Assembly: GCA_035571835.1 (NCBI GenBank)
Contig: DATNBU010000037.1
Location: 140,753 to 204,752, forward strand
Direction of reading: 5' to 3'
Source: Candidatus Limnocylindrales bacterium
Lineage (GTDB): Bacteria; Desulfobacterota; Binatia; UBA1149; CAITLU01
Length of the DNA stretch: 64,000 nt
Part shown: positions 47,093 to 56,296 of the stretch, piece after piece
Layout of the letters: every line of letters begins with the position of its first letter
Numbering within the stretch: position 1 is the stretch's first letter
Translations under genes and position numbers: made by a program
Notes under the pieces: generated by a model
Databases searched by the model: none
Told to the model about the DNA's origin: nothing
The model's input: the letters and a program-made list of their open reading frames with translations, nothing else

Positions 47093-48670
47093 TTATTCTC
47101 GCCGCCAGACCAGCCGCTCGATATCGAGCACGAACGAGCCGTCCGTCGGGTCTCTGGATTCCATGCCGTTGCGCAGCGTGACAACGTTCCCGCCGGCGAC
47201 ACGAATCCCGGTTGGCCCCACTGCATCCGCCCGGTGCCTTTCGATCCAGCCTGGAGCTTCGCCGCTGGTGTCCAGACGGTCCATTCTCAGCGTGCGAACG
47301 TCCAGGCGATAGACCGGTGTTTCCCCGAAGCGCCGTTTTCCGCGATATCCGAGCGATCCGATCACGTAGATGAAGTCGCCGACGAGCGTCGCCGTGTGAA
47401 AATCCGTCGGCGGGAATACGGATTCCGGGTAGCCGTAGATCGCTATCGTTCCGTCGCGCTCGTGAACGATCACATCGTTGTAGATGCAGAAATCGTCGTC
47501 GTAGTAGTCCTCGTGTTCGCCGCCGATCTGCACGGCGCGGCCGTCGGGCAGAAGAGTCAGCGACTGGCCGTATCGTTGCGCGCTCCAGACGGCCTCGGGG
47601 CACGGACCGCACGTGTCCTCGAACCCTTGGCGCGCTTCGAACCCCGAGGCTCCGCTGAGGATCATGGATTTCCAGAATGCGATATCCATTCGTTCGGGAT
47701 TGCTCTTTCCGAACGACCGACGAAATCCCGATTTGAACTCATCGGATGAGACCGAAGCGAGCGCGTTTCCCGGTATGTCTGCGACGAATCGGGTAGTCTC
47801 GATTTGCGGAAGACCGAGAACTGCGCGCTGACCAGCATACGTCATCTGCGCTGGGTCGGCGCCGGCGTCGAGAAGCCGCATGACAATGTCGCGCGACGTC
47901 GCCTCCTTGAGCGCCTTGGTGGAGGAGCCTGCGTGGACGTCGGCTCCTGCGGCGAGCAGGATATCGACGCATTCGATGTCGTCGATCTCGACGGCTCGTA
48001 CCAAGGCCGTCGTGCCGCGATCGTCCGTCTGCTCGACGTCCGCGCCGTCTTCGAGCAGCCAGCGCAGCATCTCGGGGTGTCGGCCGTCGACCGCATAACA
48101 CAACGGTGGAGTCCAGAATCCGCCGCTTCCGCCGCGCGCCTCGATGTCCGCGCCATGGTCGCGCAGCAGCTTCGCCTTGGCGATGTCTCCGGTCCGCACT
48201 GCAATCAGCCACGCCGTCCGCGACCAGCAATCCTTCTCCTCGAGCGTGCTGCTGTCCGCGAGAGCCGCTTCGACGTCGGCCAGGGATCCGAGCGCGACAG
48301 CTTCGATGAGCGGTGTCCAGCCGAGTTGGTCCTTGTCCGCTCCCGCGGCCAGCAGCAGCGCGACCGCGTCGAAACGTGCAAGACGCGACAACACAAGCAG
48401 GGCAGTTTCGTTGTACGAGGAGACACCGGAGACGTTGACTCCCTGGTCAACGAGCAGGGTCACCAGCTCGAGCAGGTGCGGGTCGCGGGTGATGTCGCGC
48501 CCATAAATGGCGTCGAGCAGGGCGTCGTGTCCGTGATCGCGTTTGTAGTGAATGTTCGCGCCGGCCCGAATCAGCGCGGAAACCTTCTGCGGGTCGCCTT
48601 CTGCGAGCGCCTTGCGAAGCTCCTCCTGGCTCGGCGGCTCGGGAGGCAGATTGCTGCGGCTGTGAGTCAT
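47093..48670 (-). CDS. Ankyrin-repeat protein with an uncharacterised C-terminal domain
   Basis: Repeated G(A/W)TPL..A...G......LL..GAD modules (GHDALLDAIYG, GWTPLIEAVALG, GTTALVRAVEID). Confidence 0.7.
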   Translation of the reverse strand: MTHSRSNLPPEPPSQEELRKALAEGDPQKVSALIRAGANIHYKRDHGHDALLDAIYGRDITRDPHLLELVTLLVDQGVNVSGVSSYNETALLVLSRLARFDAVALLLAAGADKDQLGWTPLIEAVALGSLADVEAALADSSTLEEKDCWSRTAWLIAVRTGDIAKAKLLRDHGADIEARGGSGGFWTPPLCYAVDGRHPEMLRWLLEDGADVEQTDDRGTTALVRAVEIDDIECVDILLAAGADVHAGSSTKALKEATSRDIVMRLLDAGADPAQMTYAGQRAVLGLPQIETTRFVADIPGNALASVSSDEFKSGFRRSFGKSNPERMDIAFWKSMILSGASGFEARQGFEDTCGPCPEAVWSAQRYGQSLTLLPDGRAVQIGGEHEDYYDDDFCIYNDVIVHERDGTIAIYGYPESVFPPTDFHTATLVGDFIYVIGSLGYRGKRRFGETPVYRLDVRTLRMDRLDTSGEAPGWIERHRADAVGPTGIRVAGGNVVTLRNGMESRDPTDGSFVLDIERLVWRRE

Positions 48671-48793
48671 CGAATGGTCCCTTTCGCACGCGAACCTTGC
48701 AGGCATCTCCGGCGGATTCCACCGCACACCGAGCTACTCGAAACACCTGCTTGACGACGAAGACCCGGACTGACACGTAGCTGAACCCCGACG

Positions 48794-49495
48794 ATGACCG
48801 CATTCCCGGCAAAGGGCTACGGAGACGAATATCCGCAAGCGATTACGATCGACGGCGTGAGAAGCACGCTGCGCTGGGAAACGCGCTGGTCGAGGTACTT
48901 CGAGGATGCGGCGGGACACGGGATGCTGATTCCGCGCTTCATGGACGGTTCCGCGTCCGTTACGGCACGCGAGATCGAGGCCGAATGGCCGGCGTGGTCG
49001 CAACGCGAGCGAGACGACTTCTGCGAGGCGTGCGGCGCGTTGACGGATGTCGAAGAGCTGGCAGGCATCCTGCGATACGTGATGCGCGTGGGAGGGCCCG
49101 ACGAATGGTTCGCGGTGGCGCTCGATGTGGCCAGGATTCTGCCCATGGACGAAGCCTTCGAGCTGCTCGCTGGTGCCTTGTTGACGACTGGCGTCCCAAT
49201 GGCCTGCAACATCACGCAAGGCATAGCGGCTACGAAGCATCCGGATGCTCCCGGCCTGCTGAGCCGGCACCTGGAGCAACTCTGGTCGCAACCGCAGATC
49301 TGGGAGCACGACGACTTCACGAACTGGACCGCGTTCGATGCGACGATGTGTATCGAGGGCCTGCTCGAGCTCGGGGCATCTCCGAGCGACTTTGAATCCA
49401 GAGTGAGACAGCTGTCCGAGCACAGCTGCGCCGGAAACAGGCAGAGCTGTCGTACGTTCCTGACCAGGTATTACCCGTGGCTCAGCCGTACATGA
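48794..49495 (+). CDS. Hypothetical protein
   Basis: 233 aa; divergent from the ankyrin gene; no recognisable motif. Confidence 0.4.
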   Translation: MTAFPAKGYGDEYPQAITIDGVRSTLRWETRWSRYFEDAAGHGMLIPRFMDGSASVTAREIEAEWPAWSQRERDDFCEACGALTDVEELAGILRYVMRVGGPDEWFAVALDVARILPMDEAFELLAGALLTTGVPMACNITQGIAATKHPDAPGLLSRHLEQLWSQPQIWEHDDFTNWTAFDATMCIEGLLELGASPSDFESRVRQLSEHSCAGNRQSCRTFLTRYYPWLSRT

Positions 49496-49955
49496 TGCGC
49501 GTGATCCAGTCGGCAACCAGCGCCGGCTTGGATTCGCCGTCGATCTCGACCGTCATCGTGCGCGTCGTCTGAACCCACGGCTCCTTGAGCTCGGCGCTCG
49601 CGAGCACGCTGCGACAGCGCACGCGACGCCCGACCTTGACCGGGCTCACGAAGCGGACTTTCTCGAAGCCGTAGTTCACGCCCATCACCATTCCGGAATA
49701 GCGGGCGGGATCCTTCGGGATGGATGCGTCGAGCCAGGTCAGCAGCGACAGCGTAAGGAAGCCGTGCGCGATCGTGGTGCCGAACGGCGTCGACTTGGCC
49801 GCTTCGGGATCGACGTGAATGAACTGGTGATCGTTGGTGACTTCGGCGAACTGGTTGATGCGGGACTGGTCGATTTCGAACCAGTCGCCTACTCCCTCTT
49901 CCTTGCCCACCGAGGATTGCCAGACCGCGAATGCCTTCTCTGCGTTGGTGCTCAT
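49482..49955 (-). CDS. MaoC-like (R)-hydratase hot-dog protein
   Basis: FAEVTNDHQFIHVDPEAAKSTPFGTTIAHGFLTLSL. Confidence 0.75.
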   Translation of the reverse strand: MSTNAEKAFAVWQSSVGKEEGVGDWFEIDQSRINQFAEVTNDHQFIHVDPEAAKSTPFGTTIAHGFLTLSLLTWLDASIPKDPARYSGMVMGVNYGFEKVRFVSPVKVGRRVRCRSVLASAELKEPWVQTTRTMTVEIDGESKPALVADWITRIMYG

Positions 49956-50099
49956 GGGACCGGAACCTACAAAAGTCGCCCAGCGCTGTCGACCGCGTCG
50001 CCCGGATCCTTGCCCGGTGCACTTCGAAGATGGCATCGTCTGGAGTAAGCCCGTCCCAGCAGTAATGGTGAGACATCACCGCAATCCGGAGGAGTGCCA

Positions 50100-50408
50100 A
50101 TGAAATACGTGATCAGCTGGTTCGAACGGCCGCAGGGTTCGCCCATCGAATACGAAAACGCCCAGAAGCGAATCCTCGAGGTCTTCGGCCAGTGGAAAGC
50201 GCCGGCCAACTTCAAGATCGATTTCTTCGTCATACGAGTCGGCGAGTGGGGCGGGCACATGCTGGTCGAATGCGACGATCCTGTCGCCATCCATAAGTTC
50301 TGCTCGATGCTTCCGGCGTTCGTATTCGAGGCGCGACCCGTCATCACGATCGAGGAAGCCGTGCGCGGCGAGCGCGAAGTCATCGCGTGGCGCGACGCAT
50401 TGAACTAA
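50100..50408 (+). CDS. DUF3303-family protein
   Basis: MKYVISWFERPQGS... is typical of the DUF3303 family. Confidence 0.55.
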   Translation: MKYVISWFERPQGSPIEYENAQKRILEVFGQWKAPANFKIDFFVIRVGEWGGHMLVECDDPVAIHKFCSMLPAFVFEARPVITIEEAVRGEREVIAWRDALN

Positions 50409-50436
50409 GTCAGCTTAATTCGTCGCCACTTCGCTT

Positions 50437-51054
50437 TTGGAACAAACGCGCCGTGACGAGGAGCAACTTGTGATGGGCCCATCGATACGACGTGCGGCGC
50501 CGGAAGAAATGCCGCGGGCAATCGCCGCAATCACGGCAGCATTCCTTACGGACCCGATTGCGCGATTCGCCTGGCCTTCTCCGTATGCTCATCTCGAAGC
50601 AATGCCGCTCGCTGCGCGAGAGTTTGCCGGCGCCAGTTTCGAGCACGGCGCGGCGTATGTGTCTTCCGACTTTTGCGGCACGGCTCTGTGGTTGCCTCCC
50701 GGCGTGGAGCCGAATGGAGAGGCGCTCGAGAAGATCTTCCGCGACACGGCGATGCCCGAGCATCTGGACGATCTGCTCGGCACATTCGAAAAGATGGAAC
50801 ACGCACATCCCGACGAAGCGCACTGGTACCTGCCGCTGATCGGCGTCGAACCTAACGCACAGGGAAAAGGGATCGGAGCGGAGCTGATGCGCTACGCTGT
50901 GGCGCGCTGCGATCAGGAAAAAGCACTGGCCTACCTGGAATCGTCGAACCCGCGCAACATCGCCCTCTATCGGCGCTTTGGTTTCGAAGAGATCGGCGAG
51001 CTCCAGGTCGGCGCGGGGCCGCTGGTTACGCCAATGCTCCGGCGACCGCGCTGA
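50437..51054 (+). CDS. GNAT family N-acetyltransferase
   Basis: Acetyl-CoA-binding segment IGVEPNAQGKGIGAELMRYAV...SNPRNIALYRRFGFEE. Confidence 0.75.
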   Translation: MEQTRRDEEQLVMGPSIRRAAPEEMPRAIAAITAAFLTDPIARFAWPSPYAHLEAMPLAAREFAGASFEHGAAYVSSDFCGTALWLPPGVEPNGEALEKIFRDTAMPEHLDDLLGTFEKMEHAHPDEAHWYLPLIGVEPNAQGKGIGAELMRYAVARCDQEKALAYLESSNPRNIALYRRFGFEEIGELQVGAGPLVTPMLRRPR

Positions 51055-51121
51055 GGAGAAGCCTAAACGCGCATTGAAGCCACTCGCGTGATCAGCGAGA
51101 GACTCGTGCCAGACCTGGAAA

Positions 51122-52501
51122 ATGCCGACGACGTCACATCCGCAATCCGGCCCGCCGCCGTCGTCAGCGCCCGAAGCGTGGGAACCGCTGCTGCGCTTTG
51201 CGCGGTTCGCCGGCCGCCCGATCGAGCTCTTTCTCCGGATCGAGGCCGCGAGCGGGATCCTGCTTTTCGCAGCGGCGGCCGTTGCGCTCGCGTGGGCGAA
51301 CTCTCCGTGGTCGGAGAGCTACCAGTGGTTCTGGCATGTGCCGCTCGGGATTCGAGTGGGTGCCTTTTCGTTCGAGCGCACGCTCGAGTGGTTCGTCAAC
51401 GACGGCCTGATGGTGATCTTCTTCTTCGTCGTCGGGATGGAGATACGCCGCGAGATGGATCACGGCGAGCTGTCGGAGTGGCGGAGGGCTGCGCTTCCCA
51501 CGGCCGCCGCGCTCGGCGGCATGATCGTTCCTGCAGGGCTGTATCTGGTCGTCGCCGGTGTTCCCGAAACGAGGTCGGGTTGGGGCGTGCCGATGGCGAC
51601 CGACATCGCGTTTGCCGTGGGCGTGCTGACGCTGCTTGGATCGCGCGCTCCGGCCTCGCTGCGTGTGCTGCTGCTGGCGCTCGCGGTCATCGATGACCTC
51701 GGGGCTATCCTCGTCATCGCGCTGTTCTATTCGTCCGGCATCGAGGCTGCGGGACTCGTCGTCGCGTTGTTCGGTTTTGGCGGGATCCTCGCGATGCAGC
51801 GATTCGGCGTGCGGATGAAGCTGGCGTACGTCGTGCCCGCCGTCGTGGCGTGGGCGGGCATCTACGCAGCCGGAATCCATCCGACGATCGCCGGCGTCAT
51901 CGTCGGGCTTCTCACGCCGGTGCGCGCGTGGCTCGGACCCGACGGTTTCATTGCACGGGTCCGCGAGGAGCTCGAGCTTCTGGATCCATCCGTCGATGTG
52001 GAGTCCAGGAAGGCGGGCCTCTTCGTCGGCCTGCGCAATGTTGCCGTCGCGCGACGCGAAGCCGTCTCACCCGCCGACAGCCTGATCGAGATGCTTCATC
52101 CGTGGGTAGCGTTCGGCATCATGCCGGTGTTCGCGCTCGCCAATGCAGGGGTCGCGTTCTCCGGGCTCGCACTGGGCGGCTCGTCGCTGCGCGTGGCGAT
52201 GGGGAGCGCAGCCGGCCTCGTCGTGGGCAAACCGCTCGGAATTCTTTTCGCGTGCTGGCTGGCGCTTCGCTTTCGCATCGGAACGCTGCCGGAAGGAATC
52301 ACGTTCCGGCACCTCGTCGTGCTCGGTTTCGTCGCCGGCATCGGGTTCACGATGGCGCTGTTCATCGCGCAGCTCGCATTTACCGACGCAGCGCTTCTCG
52401 ACGCAGCCAAGCTGGGCGTGCTGATCGCAAGTGCGGGTGCGGCGATTTTTGGCCTCGTTGCGGGCACACGACTCCTCGCGCCGCCGTCCGCGATGCGCTA
52501 G
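51122..52501 (+). CDS. nhaA: Na+/H+ antiporter NhaA
   Basis: 459 aa polytopic protein; full-length NhaA-like (ILLFAAAAVALAWANSP, VIDDLGAILVIALFY). Confidence 0.9.
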   Translation: MPTTSHPQSGPPPSSAPEAWEPLLRFARFAGRPIELFLRIEAASGILLFAAAAVALAWANSPWSESYQWFWHVPLGIRVGAFSFERTLEWFVNDGLMVIFFFVVGMEIRREMDHGELSEWRRAALPTAAALGGMIVPAGLYLVVAGVPETRSGWGVPMATDIAFAVGVLTLLGSRAPASLRVLLLALAVIDDLGAILVIALFYSSGIEAAGLVVALFGFGGILAMQRFGVRMKLAYVVPAVVAWAGIYAAGIHPTIAGVIVGLLTPVRAWLGPDGFIARVREELELLDPSVDVESRKAGLFVGLRNVAVARREAVSPADSLIEMLHPWVAFGIMPVFALANAGVAFSGLALGGSSLRVAMGSAAGLVVGKPLGILFACWLALRFRIGTLPEGITFRHLVVLGFVAGIGFTMALFIAQLAFTDAALLDAAKLGVLIASAGAAIFGLVAGTRLLAPPSAMR

Positions 52502-52514
52502 CTTCCGCCCGCCG

Positions 52515-53393
52515 ATGGCCATCCCTGCCGACAAACTCCCGCTTGCCGACCTGCGCCGGAAGTACGTCGACGAAGGCCGCGCGCTGCCGCAGGACATCGA
52601 GGCCGCTCTTCGCGTCGATACGCGCGGCGCTGCCAAGGCGATTCTCGCCGCGGTCGACAAGCGCCGGCGCGCCAATCGTGCCGAGGGCCAGCGCCTGCGT
52701 CATCTGTTTCGCTTCGAGCAGGAGATCTGGTCGACAGGCATCACGCGCATCGCCGGAGTCGATGAAGCGGGCATGTCGCCGCTCGCGGGGCCGGTCGTTG
52801 CCGGTGCGGTGATTCTTCCGGTCGGCTGGCGTCATGCGGGCGTCGACGATTCGAAGAAGCTTACCGCCGAGGAGCGGACGCATCTTGCCGTGCAGATAAG
52901 GGCCAACGCGGTTGCGTGGGGCGTCGGCATCGTCTCGCCCGAAGAGATCGACCGCATCAACATCTATCGCGCCGGCCTGCTGGCGATGAAACGTGCGGTC
53001 GAAGCACTCGGGCCTGCTCCCGAGCATCTTCTGATCGACGCACGCAAGCTCGCCGACGTCGCGATTCCGCAGAAGTCGATCATCCACGGCGACGAGCTCA
53101 GCTTTTCGATCGCCGCGGCCAGCATCATCGCGAAGACCACGCGTGACGGGATCATGATCGGCTACGATCAGGAACATCCCGGCTACGGTTTCGCGCGCCA
53201 CAAGGGCTATCCGGTTCCCGAGCACTACGCCGCGCTCGACAGGCTCGGCGCCTGCGCGATCCACCGTCGATCGTTCGGACCGGTGCGAAAGGCACTCGGC
53301 CTCGATCCGGTGCAGATCGAGATGTTCGGAATGTCCGAGATGCTCGAGGACGAAGCCGCGCTCGCGGATCCAGACGTTACGAGCGAAGCGTAG
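52515..53393 (+). CDS. rnhB: Ribonuclease HII
   Basis: IAGVDEAGMSPLAGPVVAGAVIL...DDSKKL. Confidence 0.9.
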   Translation: MAIPADKLPLADLRRKYVDEGRALPQDIEAALRVDTRGAAKAILAAVDKRRRANRAEGQRLRHLFRFEQEIWSTGITRIAGVDEAGMSPLAGPVVAGAVILPVGWRHAGVDDSKKLTAEERTHLAVQIRANAVAWGVGIVSPEEIDRINIYRAGLLAMKRAVEALGPAPEHLLIDARKLADVAIPQKSIIHGDELSFSIAAASIIAKTTRDGIMIGYDQEHPGYGFARHKGYPVPEHYAALDRLGACAIHRRSFGPVRKALGLDPVQIEMFGMSEMLEDEAALADPDVTSEA

Positions 53394-53847
53394 CCGTCAG
53401 CCGCCGCGGCTCGCGCAGCAGGTCGAGCGCGTCGACGATGCTCGTGCAGACAACGTCCGCGCCGCCGAGCGTCTCTACCGAAGCACCCTCACGCTGCACC
53501 ACGACAATGCCGAGCGCGGCCTCGGCGAGCATCCGTCGGTCGTTGCGGCCGTTGCCGATCGCGACCACGTTCTCGCGCCCGAGCGACGTGACGTAGTCGA
53601 GCTTGGCGGCATCCTGGCCGGTGGGCGGCGCGATGATCAGCTTTGCGGGCAGCCCCGCCAGGTTTTCGGCCGCGAGCCCGAACGTATCGGCCGTGATGAC
53701 GTGGACGGTGAGGTCGGCCGCGAGTGCCCGGAGGGCGTCGGCTACGCCTGCGAGCAGATGGCCGTCGAGCGCAAGCGTTCCGTTGTAGTCGAGCACGAGG
53801 TGTGAGAGTTCGAGGCGGCGGTAGCCCGGAATGTCGACGGTGATCAT
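53377..53847 (-). CDS. HAD-superfamily hydrolase
   Basis: Motif I LVLDYNGTLA; later AIGNGRNDRRML (motif IV-like). Confidence 0.6.
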   Translation of the reverse strand: MITVDIPGYRRLELSHLVLDYNGTLALDGHLLAGVADALRALAADLTVHVITADTFGLAAENLAGLPAKLIIAPPTGQDAAKLDYVTSLGRENVVAIGNGRNDRRMLAEAALGIVVVQREGASVETLGGADVVCTSIVDALDLLREPRRLTATLRS

Positions 53848-53912
53848 GTCCGCATGTCTATCGACCTCGACGGGTACCGCAACACCGAGGGACGCTCGAG
53901 GATGAACGCGCA

Positions 53913-54299
53913 ATGAGTCGATTTCTTCTGATCTGTCTCGGCGGAGCGGCCGGTACCGGGGCGCGCTACCTGCTCTCGGCCTGGGCCCTCGAGTTTTTCG
54001 GCCCCGTCTTTCCGTTCGGGACACTGGCCGTCAATCTCATCGGCTCGTTTCTTCTGTCCGTCGTGATGTACGCCGGCATCGACGCTGCCGTTCTGTCGCC
54101 GACGATGCGTCTCGCGCTCGGAACCGGCGTGATGGGCGGCTTTACGACCTACTCGACGTTCAACTTCGAAACGATGAAGTACGTCCAGGACGGCGCGTGG
54201 GGTTCTGCGGCGCTCTACGTGACGGTCACGGTCGTCGCCTGCTTTCTCGCGGGCATCGCCGGCTGGGCGACGGCCCGGTCCGTGCTCGGTACGTACTGA
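53913..54299 (+). CDS. crcB: Fluoride ion channel CrcB/FluC
   Basis: 128 aa; GTLAVNLIGSFLLS, GGFTTYSTFNFE. Confidence 0.85.
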   Translation: MSRFLLICLGGAAGTGARYLLSAWALEFFGPVFPFGTLAVNLIGSFLLSVVMYAGIDAAVLSPTMRLALGTGVMGGFTTYSTFNFETMKYVQDGAWGSAALYVTVTVVACFLAGIAGWATARSVLGTY

Positions 54300-54323
54300 G
54301 CGCTCGAGCACGCCACGCTTCGC

Positions 54324-54980
54324 TCAACGCGTAGCTTCGACGATGTGGCCCCACACGGAAAGGTAGCGGGCTTTCGGCGGAAAGCTCCGAAACTCGAAGC
54401 GCGAAAACCCCGCGCGGTTAAAGGCGTCCGCGAGCTCGGGCGCCGTATAGAGATTCGAAGCCCACCAGCGACCGATCAGCATTCGTGTCAGCGGATTTCG
54501 CCGCGTCATGAACAGTACCAGCGTGCCGCCGTCGTTGAGCCTCGCGCGCAATCCGGTAAGCGCAGCGGCGATCGTATCGCGCGGCACGTACTCGAGCATC
54601 GATGCGGAGACGATCAGATCGTAGTCGCACCAGTCGTCAGGCAATGCGCCAAGCTCGAGCACGTTGGCTTCGGCCAGCTCGATGTCGCGCATGCCGCGCC
54701 TGCGCATGTTTTCGCAAAGGGCATCGAGCATCGCCGGCGTCAGGTCGAAAGCGTGAAACGCGGCGGGCGTGCAGCCACGCCGGTCGAGCGCACCGCGAAG
54801 TGCGAGCGTCAGCGCGCCGGTGCCGCATCCGGCATCGAGAATGCGGAGGTCTGGGCGCACGAGCGCCGAATGCTCGAAGAACGCCCGCAGTCCCTGCGGA
54901 TACCGCATCGCACGGATGAAGCGGGAGTAGGCTTTCTGCCGGCCGGTAAAGAACTCTCGCGCGTCGGCTGTGACGCTCAC
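54324..54980 (-). CDS. Class I SAM-dependent methyltransferase
   Basis: Motif I ILDAGCGTGALT; its GTG start overlaps the TGA of the extended ArsM-like ORF (GTGA). Confidence 0.7.
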   Translation of the reverse strand: MSVTADAREFFTGRQKAYSRFIRAMRYPQGLRAFFEHSALVRPDLRILDAGCGTGALTLALRGALDRRGCTPAAFHAFDLTPAMLDALCENMRRRGMRDIELAEANVLELGALPDDWCDYDLIVSASMLEYVPRDTIAAALTGLRARLNDGGTLVLFMTRRNPLTRMLIGRWWASNLYTAPELADAFNRAGFSRFEFRSFPPKARYLSVWGHIVEATR

Positions 54981-55732
54981 GAATCAGCCTTCGGTTTGCG
55001 CGCCGTGAAGAGCCCGCCCTGCGTCGACGGTGAAGTTCGATAGCCCGTCCAGCCGTGAAACGTGGCTTCGCAGAATCCGGCGTCGCTGAGCATTTTCAGG
55101 AGCGACCGCTCCCAGATTGCGCCTGCAATTCAAGCGGACCAGGCGCCTTTCTGCGAGACCTCTTCTGGAGTGACACCGTCTTCGAGCAGCATGTCGGCCA
55201 TCTGGATGCGGCCGCCGGGGCGCAGCACGCGGAACGCTTCGGCGAGCACTTTCGGCTTGTCGAGACAGAGGTTGAAGACGCCGTTGGAAACCACCACGTC
55301 GACGGATGCGTCGTCGAGCGAAAGGTCGTCGATCTCACCGATGCGGAACTCGACGTTCGCGGAGCCGGCCGCGCGCGCGTTGCGCCGGGCCTTCTCGACC
55401 ATCTCCACTCCGAAATCGATGCCGATCACGCGGCCTTCCGGCGCGACGCGGCGCGCGGCAAGGATGCTGTCGAGTCCGGCGCCCGAGCCGAGATCGAGAA
55501 CGATCTCTCCGTTTCTCAGCGGCTGGAGGGCGATTGGGTTTCCTACGCCGGCGAAGGACTCGACGACGGACCGCGGCAGGGCGTCGATCCCCGTGGCATC
55601 GTAGCCGAGCCGCTTCGCACTCTCCGCGCCGACGAGGAACGACTCTTCGCGTTCGGGCGACAGCGCGACCATTGCGAAGCGCTCGCGGATTTCCGCTTTC
55701 AGCCGCGAAGAGTCTTCTCTTTCGTCGTCCAC
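54977..55732 (-). CDS. ArsM-like arsenite S-adenosylmethyltransferase with an in-frame TGA (candidate selenocysteine) at the conserved GC(I/V)AGA cysteine. The listed ORF 55130..55732 is its N-terminal part
   Basis: VLDLGSGAGLD motif I; VDVVVSNGVFNLCLDKPKVLAEAFRVLRPGGR; then ...QKGAWSA-TGA-IAGAIWERSLLKMLSDAGFCEATFHGWTGY continues in the same frame for 50 codons to a TGA that overlaps the next gene's GTG. Confidence 0.5.
55100..55117 (-). other. Candidate bacterial SECIS-like hairpin downstream of the in-frame UGA
   Basis: mRNA UGA-auugcaggcgcaaucu-GGGAGC-GGUC-GCUCCU; 6-7 bp stem with a GGUC apical loop; GU lies 24-25 nt after UGA. Confidence 0.35.
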
Positions 55733-55733
55733 G

Positions 55734-56267
55734 ATGTGTTCATTACGCCGGGACCAGGCTCAAGACGAGCCGGCTTACAGACGATCATCGGAGTCTGCCC
55801 CCACGCGTGGAACAGTCGAGATTTCACGCAAGTCATTGACCGGCAGGCCGCGTTGTTGGACCCTTGCCGCCGTGGCCGTGGCCGTGGCCGTGGCCGTGGC
55901 CGTGGCCGTGGCTCTCGATACACTTGCGTACGCGCGGCGGCTCCGCGAGGCTGGTTTCAGCGAGCAGCAGGCCGAAGGTCAGGCCCAGGCGCTCGCCGCT
56001 GCCATGACCGATACCCTTGCGACCAAGCAGGATCTTCGCGAACTCGACGTACGCTTCGACGCACGGTTTACGGGAATCGAGACTCGTTTCGATGAGCAGG
56101 AAAAGCGGATGGCTATTCGGTTCGACGAGCACGAAAAACGGATCGAGATGCGTTTCGCGGAGCAGTCAGCACGCTTCGATGCCCGCCTTGCCGATCTCGA
56201 ACGTCGCATCACGCTTCGAATGCTGGCCGGAATTGGCGCGGTCTCGGCGCTGGTCAAACTTCTCTGA
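55734..56267 (+). CDS. DUF1640-family coiled-coil protein with a C-terminal TM helix; N-terminal (Ala-Val)7 encoded by a hexanucleotide repeat
   Basis: LDTLAYARRLREAGFSEQQAEGQAQALAAAMTDTLATKQDLRELDVRFDARF matches the DUF1640 pattern. The real start is probably one of the in-frame GTGs within 55869..55910, not the listed upstream start. Confidence 0.55.
   Translation: MCSLRRDQAQDEPAYRRSSESAPTRGTVEISRKSLTGRPRCWTLAAVAVAVAVAVAVAVALDTLAYARRLREAGFSEQQAEGQAQALAAAMTDTLATKQDLRELDVRFDARFTGIETRFDEQEKRMAIRFDEHEKRIEMRFAEQSARFDARLADLERRITLRMLAGIGAVSALVKLL
55869..55910 (+). repeat. Microsatellite (GCCGTG)x7
   Basis: gccgtggccgtggccgtggccgtggccgtggccgtggccgtg. In frame it encodes (AV)7; on the opposite strand it gives (HG)n. 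Confidence 0.9.
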
Positions 56268-56296
56268 TTCAAGGGGCGGGGAAAGCCCGCAAAGGC

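Noticed and set aside
47804-48754. 316-aa plus-strand ORF
   Set aside because: Antisense of the ankyrin-repeat gene.
51085-51105. Sigma-54 promoter (TGGCAC...)
   Set aside because: TGGCACGAGTCTCTCGC has the -24 GG but lacks the properly spaced -12 TTGC/GC element.
55833-56132. Minus-strand 99-aa ORF with an (HG)7 run
   Set aside because: Mirror image of the (GCCGTG)7 repeat. The plus-strand frame gives a clean DUF1640 match and a C-terminal TM helix, so the plus strand is preferred.
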